Of a DNA stretch of 58,466 nt, positions 9,665 to 20,091 are shown piece after piece (positions within the stretch are counted from its first letter, which is position 1; each line of letters starts with the position of its first letter). Made by a program: the position numbers and the translations under genes. Origin of the DNA: an uncultured Clostridia bacterium (GTDB taxonomy: Bacteria; Bacillota; Clostridia; TANB77; CAG-508). The stretch lies in NCBI GenBank assembly GCA_947631385.1, contig CANRLE010000002.1, forward strand, positions 1 through 58,466, read 5' to 3'. Below the pieces are notes generated by a model. That model was not told the DNA's origin. It ran no database searches and saw only the letters and a program-made list of their open reading frames with translations.

Positions 9665-10684
9665 ATGGAAAGTGTTAAAGAAAAGAATAAATTATATTTT
9701 ATAACATTTTTGCAAGTGATAGGACCAATATTTGTTATCTTAGGGCATGCTAAAAATGGATTACCATATAATATTTTTTTGCAAGGAATGAGAACTTTTA
9801 TTTATGTATTTCATATGCCATTATTTTTCTTTATTTCTTCATATCTATTCTCTTATAAAAATGGAATGAGAGATATTAGCTATAATGAATGGATAAAAAA
9901 GAAATTTTGGAGACTTATATTTCCATATGTAGTTATTAATTTAATTTTCATTTTACCTAAAGTTTTGCTATCCGGCTTTACGCAAGACAAATTAGACTTT
10001 TCTTTAGATACATTTATTACATTGTGTATCAATCCTAGAGAAAATATATTAGGTCATTTATGGTTTTTATTTGCTTTATTTGAAATGTATTTAATTTCAC
10101 CATTATGGAATTATATGATTAAAAATAAAGAAAACAAAAAAATTTGGATTATTGCATTTATTATATGTGTTTGTTTGCGAATGTTACCACAGATTACAAA
10201 TATTCTGTCTATTAATGATTTATTTAATAATTTATTATTTTTTTTAATGGGGTTATATATAGGAACGATACCAGTAAAAGAACTTGAAAAAAAATCAGAT
10301 AAAAAAAATTTATGTATATATTTAATTATATACATATTATCATTAGTAGTATGGTTAATTTGGAAAAATGAATTAACTACAACTATTTTATGTATAATAA
10401 CATTATTATTATTACTAAAATTACCGATAGCATTAAAAATAAAAAATAATACTTTAAATGATTTAGGGAAATATTCATATACAATATATATATTACATTG
10501 GCCAGCTATGTTAAGTATTAGAATTTTATTATTTCAAATTATGCATGTTGATTATAGAATAACATCAGCTGCAATGGTTGTGGGGGGGGCATTTGCTCCG
10601 ATATTTATTGCAAAAATATATGAAAAAGTAAAACAAAAAAAGAATTTTGAATCAAAAATAATATATTATTTATTAGGAATATGA
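9665..10684 (+). CDS. Acyltransferase-3 family membrane O-acyl(acetyl)transferase
   Basis: Multi-TM protein with FLQVIGPIFVILGHA and FHMPLFFFISSY motifs. I prefer the ATG at 9665 because it has an AGAGGAG RBS; the ORF track starts at 9638. Contains a G8 tract at 10582-10589. Confidence 0.75.
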   Translation: MESVKEKNKLYFITFLQVIGPIFVILGHAKNGLPYNIFLQGMRTFIYVFHMPLFFFISSYLFSYKNGMRDISYNEWIKKKFWRLIFPYVVINLIFILPKVLLSGFTQDKLDFSLDTFITLCINPRENILGHLWFLFALFEMYLISPLWNYMIKNKENKKIWIIAFIICVCLRMLPQITNILSINDLFNNLLFFLMGLYIGTIPVKELEKKSDKKNLCIYLIIYILSLVVWLIWKNELTTTILCIITLLLLLKLPIALKIKNNTLNDLGKYSYTIYILHWPAMLSIRILLFQIMHVDYRITSAAMVVGGAFAPIFIAKIYEKVKQKKNFESKIIYYLLGI

Positions 10685-10691
10685 GGTAAAT

Positions 10692-11846
10692 ATGAAAAAA
10701 AAGAAAATTCTATTAGTAGCAACTGTACAAAGTCATATATGTCAATTTCATTTGCCATTAATAGACATGTTGCATAAAAAAGGATATGAAGTTCATGTTG
10801 CTGCTAAAGATAATTTAAATCAAAAAAAAGGATTAAAACTAGAAAATGCTGATAAAGTATTTAATGTACCTTTTGAAAGATCACCTTTTAAAAAGGAAAA
10901 TATAGAAGCATATAGGCAAATGAAAAAAATAATAAAGGAAAATGGGTATGATATTATACATTGTAATACTCCTATGGGAGGAGTTATAGCTAGATTAGCA
11001 GGAAGAAAGTATAGAAAAAATGGAACTAAAATAATATATACTGCACATGGTTTTCACTTTTTTAAAGGAGCGAAAAAAATAAATTGGTTAATATATTATC
11101 CAATAGAGAAATACTTATCAAAATATACTGATTATCTGATTACGATGAATGAAGAAGATTATGAAATAGCGAAAAAAAAATTTAAACATACAAATGTTGC
11201 ATATACACATGGAGTTGGAGTGAAAGAACAAAAATTCCTGTTTAATATGACAAAACAACAAGAAGAAGACTTAAAAAAAGAATTAGAATTGCAGGATGAT
11301 GATTTTATAATTATATATGTGGCAGAATTAACAGCTAGAAAAAATCATTATATGATTTTAAATATAATGAAAGAATTATACAAGGAAAAAGAAAATATAA
11401 AATTGTTGTTAGTGGGTAATGGACCATTAGAGGGAGAATATAAACAGTTCATTAAAAATAATAGTTTAGAGCATAATGTAAAAATGTTAGGATATAGAAT
11501 AGATGTACCTCAATTAATGAATATATCCACAATAGCTGTTTCAACTTCAAGACAAGAAGGACTTCCAGTAAATGTAATGGAGGCAATGATAACAGGATTA
11601 CCAGATGTCGTAACAGCTTGCAGGGGAAATAGAGATTTAATACAAAATAATATAAATGGATATCTAGTAGAAATAAATGATATTAAAGGTATGAAAAATA
11701 AAATATTAGATTTGTATAAAGATAAAGAATTGAGAAAAAAGATGGGAAATAATTCTAAAAAGTTAATTAAACCATATTTATTAGAAAATGTTATTAAAGA
11801 ATTGGAAGAAATATATGTAAATATATGGAGAAAAGATGAGCAATGA
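10692..11846 (+). CDS. GT4-family (GT-B) glycosyltransferase
   Basis: C-terminal SRQEGLPVNVMEAMITGLP (E-x7-E type motif). GT-B sized at 384 aa. Confidence 0.8.
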   Translation: MKKKKILLVATVQSHICQFHLPLIDMLHKKGYEVHVAAKDNLNQKKGLKLENADKVFNVPFERSPFKKENIEAYRQMKKIIKENGYDIIHCNTPMGGVIARLAGRKYRKNGTKIIYTAHGFHFFKGAKKINWLIYYPIEKYLSKYTDYLITMNEEDYEIAKKKFKHTNVAYTHGVGVKEQKFLFNMTKQQEEDLKKELELQDDDFIIIYVAELTARKNHYMILNIMKELYKEKENIKLLLVGNGPLEGEYKQFIKNNSLEHNVKMLGYRIDVPQLMNISTIAVSTSRQEGLPVNVMEAMITGLPDVVTACRGNRDLIQNNINGYLVEINDIKGMKNKILDLYKDKELRKKMGNNSKKLIKPYLLENVIKELEEIYVNIWRKDEQ

Positions 11847-13073
11847 AAAGAAAAAAGAAGTTATTGTTTATGTTAGTTATAATTGTTATTATAATATGTG
11901 GAATGTTTTTTTTACATGGTGAAACAATAAAAAAAATTGATTATGATGTAAGAAAGAGTATGTATGGTGAACCGATTAATATAGAAAATGGAATGATTAA
12001 TAATGAATTTTTTGACATAAGAAAAGATGGAACAAATGCAAAACAAACCACAGATGGAATTAATGAAGCAATTAAATATGCAAATGATAATAATATAGTA
12101 AATATACAATTAGAAAATGGTAGATATTTAATTAATGGAGAAGTTGAAAATACAACATATAAAAATGAAAAGAAAGGTATAATACTACAATCCAATATTA
12201 ATCTTAATTTGAATCGGATCACAATTAATACATGAAACAAATGATAAAGAAATGTATACTATTATAAGTGTTTATGATGTAGAGAATGTTAAAGTGTCAA
12301 ATGGGATATTAATTGGTGATAAAGATAGCCATAATTATAATAATAATTCAGGTTCTAGCCATGGATGGGGATATGGTGTAGATGTAAAAGCTAGTGAGAA
12401 TGTTGAAATAAATTCACTTCAGATATATAATATGACTGGTGATGGAATAGCAGTTAGTAATTTGCCAGCTACAAGTACTAAATCAAATAAAAGAAGGACA
12501 ACTATGAATTTGTCAATACATAATTGTAATATATATAATAATCGAAGACAAGGAATAAGTATAATTTGTGGTGAAAATATAAAAATATATCAAAATGAAA
12601 TCCATGATATTGAGGGAACATTGCCACAATCAGCAATAGATTTAGAAACTAATGCTGATGTAAATCAAAAAATTGATAATATAGAAATTTATAACAATAA
12701 AATATACAATTTAAACAAAAAGAGTCAGTTTGCTATTATTACTTATTACAATATATATAATGTTAGTATATATAATAACGAAATAGATGGAAGAATAATT
12801 ATATATGAAATAAATAATAATTTAGAAATAAAAAATAATTTAGTAAGAAATGGAGAAATACTTGCTAAAATTTCAAGAAAAAACTCAATAAGAAATAATA
12901 TTACAATAGAAGAGAATGAATTAAATAAATCAAATATTAATATTTATGATACAAAGTATATTACAATTATTAATAATATATTAAAAGATAGTGAAATTTA
13001 TTATGAAAATTGTGAAGAAGTAAATATAGAAAATAATACTAAAAATAAAAAAGTAGGAGAAGAAAATGAGTGA
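11843..13073 (+). pseudogene. Membrane-anchored right-handed beta-helix (pectate-lyase-fold) protein, frameshifted
   Basis: ORFs 11843-12235 and 12252-13073 form one protein: TM anchor, then TDGINEAIKYA, then repeated N-rich beta-helix rungs (NCNIYNNRRQGISI, IYQNEIHDIEG). The frames overlap only between 12213 and 12235. Skipping one nt near 12230 joins them as ...ITINHETNDKEMY... Confidence 0.6.
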
Positions 13074-14395
13074 GAATAAGGAAAAAATAGGATTAATAAT
13101 TCCAGCTTGTTCAGATTTAAATAGGGGAGATCAAGCATTAGTTTTAGAAACGATGAGAGTAATGAAAAAAGCTTTACAAATAAAAAAAGTTTATATGATG
13201 TCTAATAATGAAGTGAATCAATGTGAAAAATTTGGATTGACACCATTTAAAAGCATATTGAAACATCCATCTAGAGCTACAAAACATACAAGTAACTTAA
13301 AGTATAATAAAATGCTAAAATTAAAGTGGGGAATAGTAGCATCTTTTGATTTTATTGTTTCAATGATGTTGTTAAATAATATAACAAGGAATATAATAAA
13401 AGTATTTTTAAATAAAGAAACCAAAGAATCTTTGAGATTATATGAAAAAGCTGATGCTATATTTGTTAAAGGTCGGAGGTTTTATGCATGATTATGCAGG
13501 TGGAATAATTGGGAGATATACTATGTATTATCAATTATTCCATATAAGATTAGCATTAAAAATGAAAAAACCAGTATATATTATGCCAAATTCATTTGGA
13601 CCTTTTAAAAGTCAAAAAAATGTAAAAATACTAAATAAAATATTAGACAAATGTAAATTTATATCTGCAAGAGAAAGTATCTCTGCAAGTAAAACATCAA
13701 ATGGTTTAAATAGAGATATTCCATTATTTCCAGACTTAGGATTTTTTTTACAAGGAGAAGAAAAACAGAACATAGAAAAATATTTAGAGAAATACAGTAT
13801 AAATTTACATGAAGAAAAATATGTTGCAATTACAGCTAGACCATATCGTTTTTATAATACAGAAAATCCAGAATATAGATATGAAATGTATAAGCAAAGT
13901 TTTGTACAAATAATAGAATATATTTCTTCTTTAGGTTATGTACCACTTTTAGTTGTGCATACAAGAGCACAAAATAATCATGAAAATGATGAGATATGTA
14001 TTCAAGAAATAGTTAAATGTTTGAGCAAGAATTGCAAATATATAATTATTAAAGATGATGATCTCACTTGTAGAGATTTAAAAACTATATATGGTATATG
14101 TGATGCTATTATTGGAACACGTTTTCATTCTGTAATATTTTCTATAGACAATGGTGTTCCAGCTATTGCTGTTACGTATGGAGGAAATAAGGGACAAGGT
14201 ATAATGAAAGATATGGGATTAGAAGAATATGCTATAAAAATAGAGGAAATGAATTATGAAACATTGAAAGCAAAGTTTGATAAACTACTATTAGATAAAG
14301 AAGAAATAAAAATAAAAATTAATAATTATATAGAAAAGTCAAATGTCGAGTATGAAAAAATGATAAAAGAGATACAGATGTTGGAGGAAAATTAA
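13066..14395 (+). pseudogene. Polysaccharide pyruvyl transferase (CsaB/WcaK family), frameshifted
   Basis: ORFs 13066-13491 and 13442-14395 join if the C at 13474 is removed. That restores ...ADAIFVKGGGFMHDYAGG..., the family GGG motif. C-terminal GTRFHSVIFS. Confidence 0.65.
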
Positions 14396-15562
14396 ATGAA
14401 AGCTGTATTTTTCCATGGTGCTAAGTTAAAATATGATGAAGGCACAAAAATGTATTATACTTCTGGAGGTTTAAATAAACAATTTTTATCAAAGTACCTA
14501 AAATATTTTGACAATATTACCTTAGTAACGAGAAAAGTGAAACTAAAAGAAGAGGAAAGGCAAAAAGTGGGTATTTGTTCAGGGAAAAATATATTTTTTA
14601 GTCCAATAGAAAATTTTAATACGATGAAATTATTATTGGGAAAATATAATAAGAAGATAGAGCAAGAAATCACAAAAAATGAATTTGTTATTGTAAGAAT
14701 GCCAAGTTTTATAAGTGTTGTTGCCATGCATTATGCTATAAAATTGCATAAGAATTATATGGTAGAGATGGTAGGATGTCCATGGGATGCATTTTGGAAT
14801 TATGGAAATATTAAAGGAAAAGTAATTGCTCCCATTATGTACATAATTACAAAATATTATTTAAAAAAAGCTAAAAATGTAATATATGTGTCAAATGAGT
14901 TTTTGCAAAAAAGATATCCAAATAATCATAATAATATAGGATGTTCAGATGTAAATTTGCTATATATTGATGAAAAAAAAATAGAAGAGAGAATACAAAA
15001 AATTCATAATAAATCAAATGATGAAAAAGTTAAATTAGGATTAATTGGTTCATTGGATGTAAATTTCAAGGGTCATAGAATAGCAATTAAGGCTTTAAAG
15101 TTATTAAATAATGATAATATAGAATTACATTTTTTGGGAAGCGGAAAAAAAGAAAGATGGGAGAAACTGGCTAAAAAATATAGTGTGGAAAAACAAGTAT
15201 ATTTTGATGGAACTCTTCCAGGAGGGGAAAAAGTATATCAGTGGATGGATGAATTAGACTTGTATTTAATTCCAAGTCTTCAAGAAGGTTTACCAAGAGC
15301 CTTAGTGGAAGCTATGAGTAGAGCTTGTCCGGTAATAGGTGCAAATACTGGTGGGATTCCAGAATTAATAGGGAAAGAGTATATTTATGGAAAAAAAGAA
15401 GCAAAAAAATTAGCAAATATGATTAAGAGTATAGTGTATAATAAAAAAGAATTAATAAAAATGGCGAAAAATAATTTTAAAAAGAGTTTAGAATTTGAAA
15501 GTAATAAATTAGAAAATAAAAGAAATAAATTTATAAAAGATATTTTAGACTATAATAAGTAG
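14396..15562 (+). CDS. GT4-family glycosyltransferase
   Basis: PSLQEGLPRALVEAMSRACPVIGANTGGIPELI. Confidence 0.8.
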   Translation: MKAVFFHGAKLKYDEGTKMYYTSGGLNKQFLSKYLKYFDNITLVTRKVKLKEEERQKVGICSGKNIFFSPIENFNTMKLLLGKYNKKIEQEITKNEFVIVRMPSFISVVAMHYAIKLHKNYMVEMVGCPWDAFWNYGNIKGKVIAPIMYIITKYYLKKAKNVIYVSNEFLQKRYPNNHNNIGCSDVNLLYIDEKKIEERIQKIHNKSNDEKVKLGLIGSLDVNFKGHRIAIKALKLLNNDNIELHFLGSGKKERWEKLAKKYSVEKQVYFDGTLPGGEKVYQWMDELDLYLIPSLQEGLPRALVEAMSRACPVIGANTGGIPELIGKEYIYGKKEAKKLANMIKSIVYNKKELIKMAKNNFKKSLEFESNKLENKRNKFIKDILDYNK

Positions 15563-15571
15563 GAGGAAATC

Positions 15572-16691
15572 GTGCAAGAATACACAAATATTATTTATGT
15601 AATAACTATAATATTAGCTAGTTTATTAGCTGGAATAGCACAAATATTAGCAAAAGATAAAAATGGAAAATATAAATTGAATCGTTTTTTTTGGATAGCT
15701 TCTATGATAGTATTAATTTTTATAATGGGATTTAGAAATATAGGGGTTGGAATAGATGATTTATCATATCAGAGAATTTTTAATAAGGTAAGGAATATAC
15801 GGACCAATACAACATTTTTTTAATACAACGATGGAGCCTGGTTATTTAATGCTAAATTATGTAGTGGGAATATTTACTGATAATTTTCAAGTTTTGATAG
15901 TTATAATTTCAATTATTGGAATTTCATTTTTTTATAAAGCATTAGAATATGAAAGAAAAAATATCAATTTAGGTTTAAGTGTATTTTTATTTACTAGTAT
16001 ATTTTATTTTTATTACATAGGAATTATGAGATTATTTATTGCTGCAAGCATTACGGCTTTTGCTTTTAGATATGTAGCAGAAAAAAAGACTATAAGATAT
16101 ATTATTTGGATTTTAATAGCTACAATGTTTCATTATTCAGCATTATTTATGCTATTTTTAGTATATTTCTCAACAGAAAAAGAAGAAAAACAAAGAAAAA
16201 TGAAAAATATTATTTTGTTAGTTACAGTAGCAATGCCAATTATAATATACATTGTATCTAAATTTATATTTCCGAATATGGGAGCGAGATATAGCGAAAA
16301 TTATACAACTTTAAATGATTTAAAATTTTCTATTAATCAATTTGATAAATTACCTATTGTATTGTTAGCTTTTTTCCTATATAATGATATGAAAAAACAA
16401 AACAGATATATAAAAATTTATATCGTAATGTATACTTTAGCTATTGTAATAGGAATTTATTCTACTGTACTTAGTATAGGAAGAATTCAATGGTATTTAA
16501 GTTATGTAATTTGTATAATTTTTCCACAGATAGTAAGAACGGTTTTAAATTCTAAATTTAAAAATTTTGTAGTATTATTAATACCTCTTATTATAATGTA
16601 TGGTAGTATTTATGCATATCGAATTATTTATCTTGAGCCTACTTTTTATGGAATTAGAAATTATAGTAATATATTTTTTATAAATAAGTGA
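15572..16691 (+). pseudogene. EpsG-family / Wzy-like polysaccharide polymerase, frameshifted at a T7 tract
   Basis: ORFs 15572-15823 and 15831-16691 are both multi-TM, with GVGIDDLSYQRIF then EPGYLMLN (EpsG-like). Removing one T from T7 (15815-15821) gives the continuous reading ...RTNTTFFNTTMEPGYL... Confidence 0.6.
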
Positions 16692-17923
16692 GAAAGGAGA
16701 TGTACTATTTTAGTACAATTATAAATATGGCTAATTATATATTTTATGATGGAGAATTATTAGAAAGAGCAGGAGGACCATCTACATATTTATATAATTT
16801 AAGAGAAGGTATAAAAAAATATAATTCACAAGAGATTGAATTTATTACTAGAGTTAAGGAACAAAAATATAAAAAGGCTAGTTTTTATAAGCTATTGAAA
16901 CAAAGAGGAATAGAAACTTTTCCAAAAATGTATGAAAAAATAATGATAAAACATCAAATGGATGAAAGTGAAATTTTTAAATCATTATCTCAAATTAATA
17001 ATATGGAATTAATACATTTCCATTCAACTTCAAACTATGTAAAAGCTAAAAAATATATAAAAAGAGATGTTATTACACTATTGACTTCACATTCTCCAGA
17101 GATAACATCAAAACAAGTAGCAAAATCTTTGAGCGATAAATATGATAAAGGAAAGTACCAGTTTCAAAAAATGGAAGATTTTTATTTTCATACTTACGAT
17201 GAAGTTGCATTTAAAGAAGCAGATGTATTAGTTTTTCCATCTCCAGAATCAATGGAACCATATTATGAGACATGTAATGAATTTGGAGAATGGGTAAAAA
17301 ATAAAAATATAAAATACATAATGACAGGCACTAAACCACTGCAATATAGAAAAAATAGAGAAGATTTTAGAAAAGAAAATAATATTCCAGAAGAAGCATT
17401 CGTTATAAGTTTTATAGGCAGACATAATGAAGTAAAAGGATACGATAATTTTATAAAAATTGCCGAAAAAGTTATGAAAAGAGAAAAAAATATTTATATT
17501 GTAACGGCAGGAATTGGTAATATACAATCACCTAAAGATGATAAATGGATAGATATAGGATGGACAAATGATCCGGGTAGTATTATAAATGCATCTGATT
17601 TGTTTATTTTATCAAATAGAAGAACTTATTTTGATTTAGTGTTATTGGAAGTGTTATCAATAGGAAAAACAAGTTTGGTTTCTAATACAGGAGGAAATAA
17701 AACTATAGAAAGATTATCAAATGGAGTAATTAAATATGATACAATTGAGGATGCAAGTAAAAAAATACTAGAATTATATAATAATAAAGATAAATTAAAA
17801 GATTTTGAAAGAGAAAACAGAAAGATATATAATCAATATTTTACAGTTGATGAGTTCACAAAAAATTATATAAAAATGATAGAAGAAATAAGAAAGGAAA
17901 ACAATTTTGAAACAAGAAAATAG
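16688..17923 (+). CDS. GT-B (GT4-like) glycosyltransferase, divergent
   Basis: FIGRHNEVKGYDNFI and LLEVLSIGKTSLVSNTGGN resemble the GT4 C-terminal domain. The exact start is uncertain (GTG 16688 or ATG 16700/16727). Confidence 0.5.
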   Translation: MRKEMYYFSTIINMANYIFYDGELLERAGGPSTYLYNLREGIKKYNSQEIEFITRVKEQKYKKASFYKLLKQRGIETFPKMYEKIMIKHQMDESEIFKSLSQINNMELIHFHSTSNYVKAKKYIKRDVITLLTSHSPEITSKQVAKSLSDKYDKGKYQFQKMEDFYFHTYDEVAFKEADVLVFPSPESMEPYYETCNEFGEWVKNKNIKYIMTGTKPLQYRKNREDFRKENNIPEEAFVISFIGRHNEVKGYDNFIKIAEKVMKREKNIYIVTAGIGNIQSPKDDKWIDIGWTNDPGSIINASDLFILSNRRTYFDLVLLEVLSIGKTSLVSNTGGNKTIERLSNGVIKYDTIEDASKKILELYNNKDKLKDFERENRKIYNQYFTVDEFTKNYIKMIEEIRKENNFETRK

Positions 17924-17924
17924 A

Positions 17925-18947
17925 ATGGTATCTGTTATTGTACCGGTGTATAATGGAGAAAAATATATAAAAAGATGTTTAAATTCAATATTAGAACAAT
18001 CTTATAAAAATATAGAATTAATTGTCGTAAATGATGGTTCCACAGATAAAACACTTGAAATTATTAGTAGTATAGAAGACGAAAGAATGCAAGTGATTTC
18101 ACAAGAAAATAAAGGTGTATCAAGTGCTAGAAATATTGGATTAAAAGTTTCTAAAGGAGATTATATTTTATTATTTGATGCAGATGACTTTATGGAAAAA
18201 GATATATTGGAAGTTTTAGTAAATGATATAAAAGCAAATGATGTTCAAGCAGTAAAATCAAATTTATTTTTATACTATCCAGAGGAAGATAGGAAAATAC
18301 TATATAAGGAAAAAATTTTTGATGGTAAAAATAAGATTATAGATAAATACGAGTTATTAGATATGGTAATATCAGGAGAAGTAATGGGTTTCTCACCCAA
18401 TATATTATTTTGTAGGACCGAAGAAAATATACAATATAATGAAGAAATATTTTATATGGAAGATGTTATATTTTATATAAAAATTCTAAAAAATATAAAT
18501 AAAATTTACATAGAGAATAAACCATCGTTTAGTTATACGCAAAATCAAAATAGTGCTACTAAAAGCCAATCAAAAATATTAAAAAATATTCATAGTTTAA
18601 AAAAATATAATAAAAAAGCAAAAGAAGAATTAAAAAATTCAAATTTTTATACAAAAGAAAGAGTTCAAATGATTGACACTAGAAATACAATACTAATTAG
18701 TGACTTACTTGCTCAAATTGATTATAAATATATAAAAAGAAAAGAAGCAATAAAAATTTTTAAAGAAATTTTTGAAGAAGAAGGAAATTTAAAATTTCTT
18801 AAAAATTTTAATAAAAACAAACTAAAAATATATAAATTGATTTTAATAAATTTAGGTTTAAATAAAAAATATAATTTACTATATTATTATATAAAATTAA
18901 GAAAAAGATTTTCAAAAATAAAAAAGGTTTTAAAGAGGAGAAAATAA
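17925..18947 (+). CDS. GT2-family glycosyltransferase (paralog of 676-1725)
   Basis: VSVIVPVYNGEKYIKRCLNSILEQSYKNIELIVVNDGSTDKT and FDADD. ATG at 17925 directly follows the upstream stop; the ORF track starts at TTG 17907. Confidence 0.85.
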   Translation: MVSVIVPVYNGEKYIKRCLNSILEQSYKNIELIVVNDGSTDKTLEIISSIEDERMQVISQENKGVSSARNIGLKVSKGDYILLFDADDFMEKDILEVLVNDIKANDVQAVKSNLFLYYPEEDRKILYKEKIFDGKNKIIDKYELLDMVISGEVMGFSPNILFCRTEENIQYNEEIFYMEDVIFYIKILKNINKIYIENKPSFSYTQNQNSATKSQSKILKNIHSLKKYNKKAKEELKNSNFYTKERVQMIDTRNTILISDLLAQIDYKYIKRKEAIKIFKEIFEEEGNLKFLKNFNKNKLKIYKLILINLGLNKKYNLLYYYIKLRKRFSKIKKVLKRRK

Positions 18948-18950
18948 TAA

Positions 18951-20057
18951 ATGGGAAAATATGATTTTTTAATTGTTGGTGCGGGATTATTTGGTTCTAC
19001 TTTTGCATTTGAAATGACAAAATTAGGAAAGAAATGTTTAGTAATTGATAAGAGAAACCATGTGGGAGGAAATATATATTGTGAAAATATAAATAATATA
19101 AATGTACATAAATATGGTGCTCACATATTTCATACAAATAACAAAAAGATATGGGAATATGTTAATCAATTTGTAGAATTTAATAATTTTATTAATACCC
19201 CAATTGCAAATTTTAGGGGAGAAATATATAATATGCCATTTAATATGAATACTTTTTGTAAATTATGGAATATATCAAAGCCAGAAGAAGCAAAGAGAAT
19301 AATAGAAAAACAAAAAGAAGAGGCAGGAATCGAGCAACCACGTAATCTTGAAGAACAAGCAATATCACTTGTTGGAAAAGATATTTATGAAAAATTAATT
19401 AAGGGATATACAAAGAAGCAATGGGGAAAAAATTGTAATGAATTACCAACATTTATTATAAAAAGACTTCCTGTAAGATTTACTTATAATAACAATTATT
19501 TTAATGATAGATATCAAGGAATTCCTGTAGGAGGATATAATATAATTATTGAAAAAATGTTAGAAAAATGTGATATTAGACTAAATGTTGATTATTTAAA
19601 AGAAAGAGAAAAATACAAAGATTTTGCAGATATGATACTATTTACAGGTATGATAGATGAGTATTTTGACTATAAATTAGGAAATTTAGAATATAGGAGT
19701 TTACAATTTAAAAATGAAATCTTTAAAGATATTGATAATTATCAAGGAGTAGCAGTAGTAAATTATACAGATGAAAACACGCCATATACAAGAGTAATCG
19801 AACATAAGCATTTTGAATTTGGTAAACAAAAAGGAACGATTATTACTGAAGAATATCCTATAAACTGGGAAAGAGGAAAAGAAGCATATTATCCTATTAA
19901 TGATGAAAAAAATTCAAAGTTATATCATGAATATTTAGATTTAGCACAAAATGAAAAAAATGTTATTTTTGGTGGAAGATTAGGAAACTATAAATATTAT
20001 GATATGGATAAAGTAATAGAAGAAAGCCTAATATTAGTAAGAAATTTTAAAGGATAA
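18951..20057 (+). CDS. glf: UDP-galactopyranose mutase, second copy
   Basis: Colinear with 1712-2812 over the full length (roughly two-thirds identical by eye). Carries the same motifs. Confidence 0.9.
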   Translation: MGKYDFLIVGAGLFGSTFAFEMTKLGKKCLVIDKRNHVGGNIYCENINNINVHKYGAHIFHTNNKKIWEYVNQFVEFNNFINTPIANFRGEIYNMPFNMNTFCKLWNISKPEEAKRIIEKQKEEAGIEQPRNLEEQAISLVGKDIYEKLIKGYTKKQWGKNCNELPTFIIKRLPVRFTYNNNYFNDRYQGIPVGGYNIIIEKMLEKCDIRLNVDYLKEREKYKDFADMILFTGMIDEYFDYKLGNLEYRSLQFKNEIFKDIDNYQGVAVVNYTDENTPYTRVIEHKHFEFGKQKGTIITEEYPINWERGKEAYYPINDEKNSKLYHEYLDLAQNEKNVIFGGRLGNYKYYDMDKVIEESLILVRNFKG

Positions 20058-20091
20058 ATAAATTATTGATACTATTGAGTAAGGAGTAAAA

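Noticed and set aside
11172-14981. A9 tracts inside the GT4 genes (11172-11180 and approx. 14973-14981), and T8 in the acyltransferase gene (10238-10245), as phase-variation tracts
   Set aside because: A/T runs of this length are common in such an AT-rich genome and are in frame here. Only the G8 tract and the T7 tract at an actual frameshift stand out.
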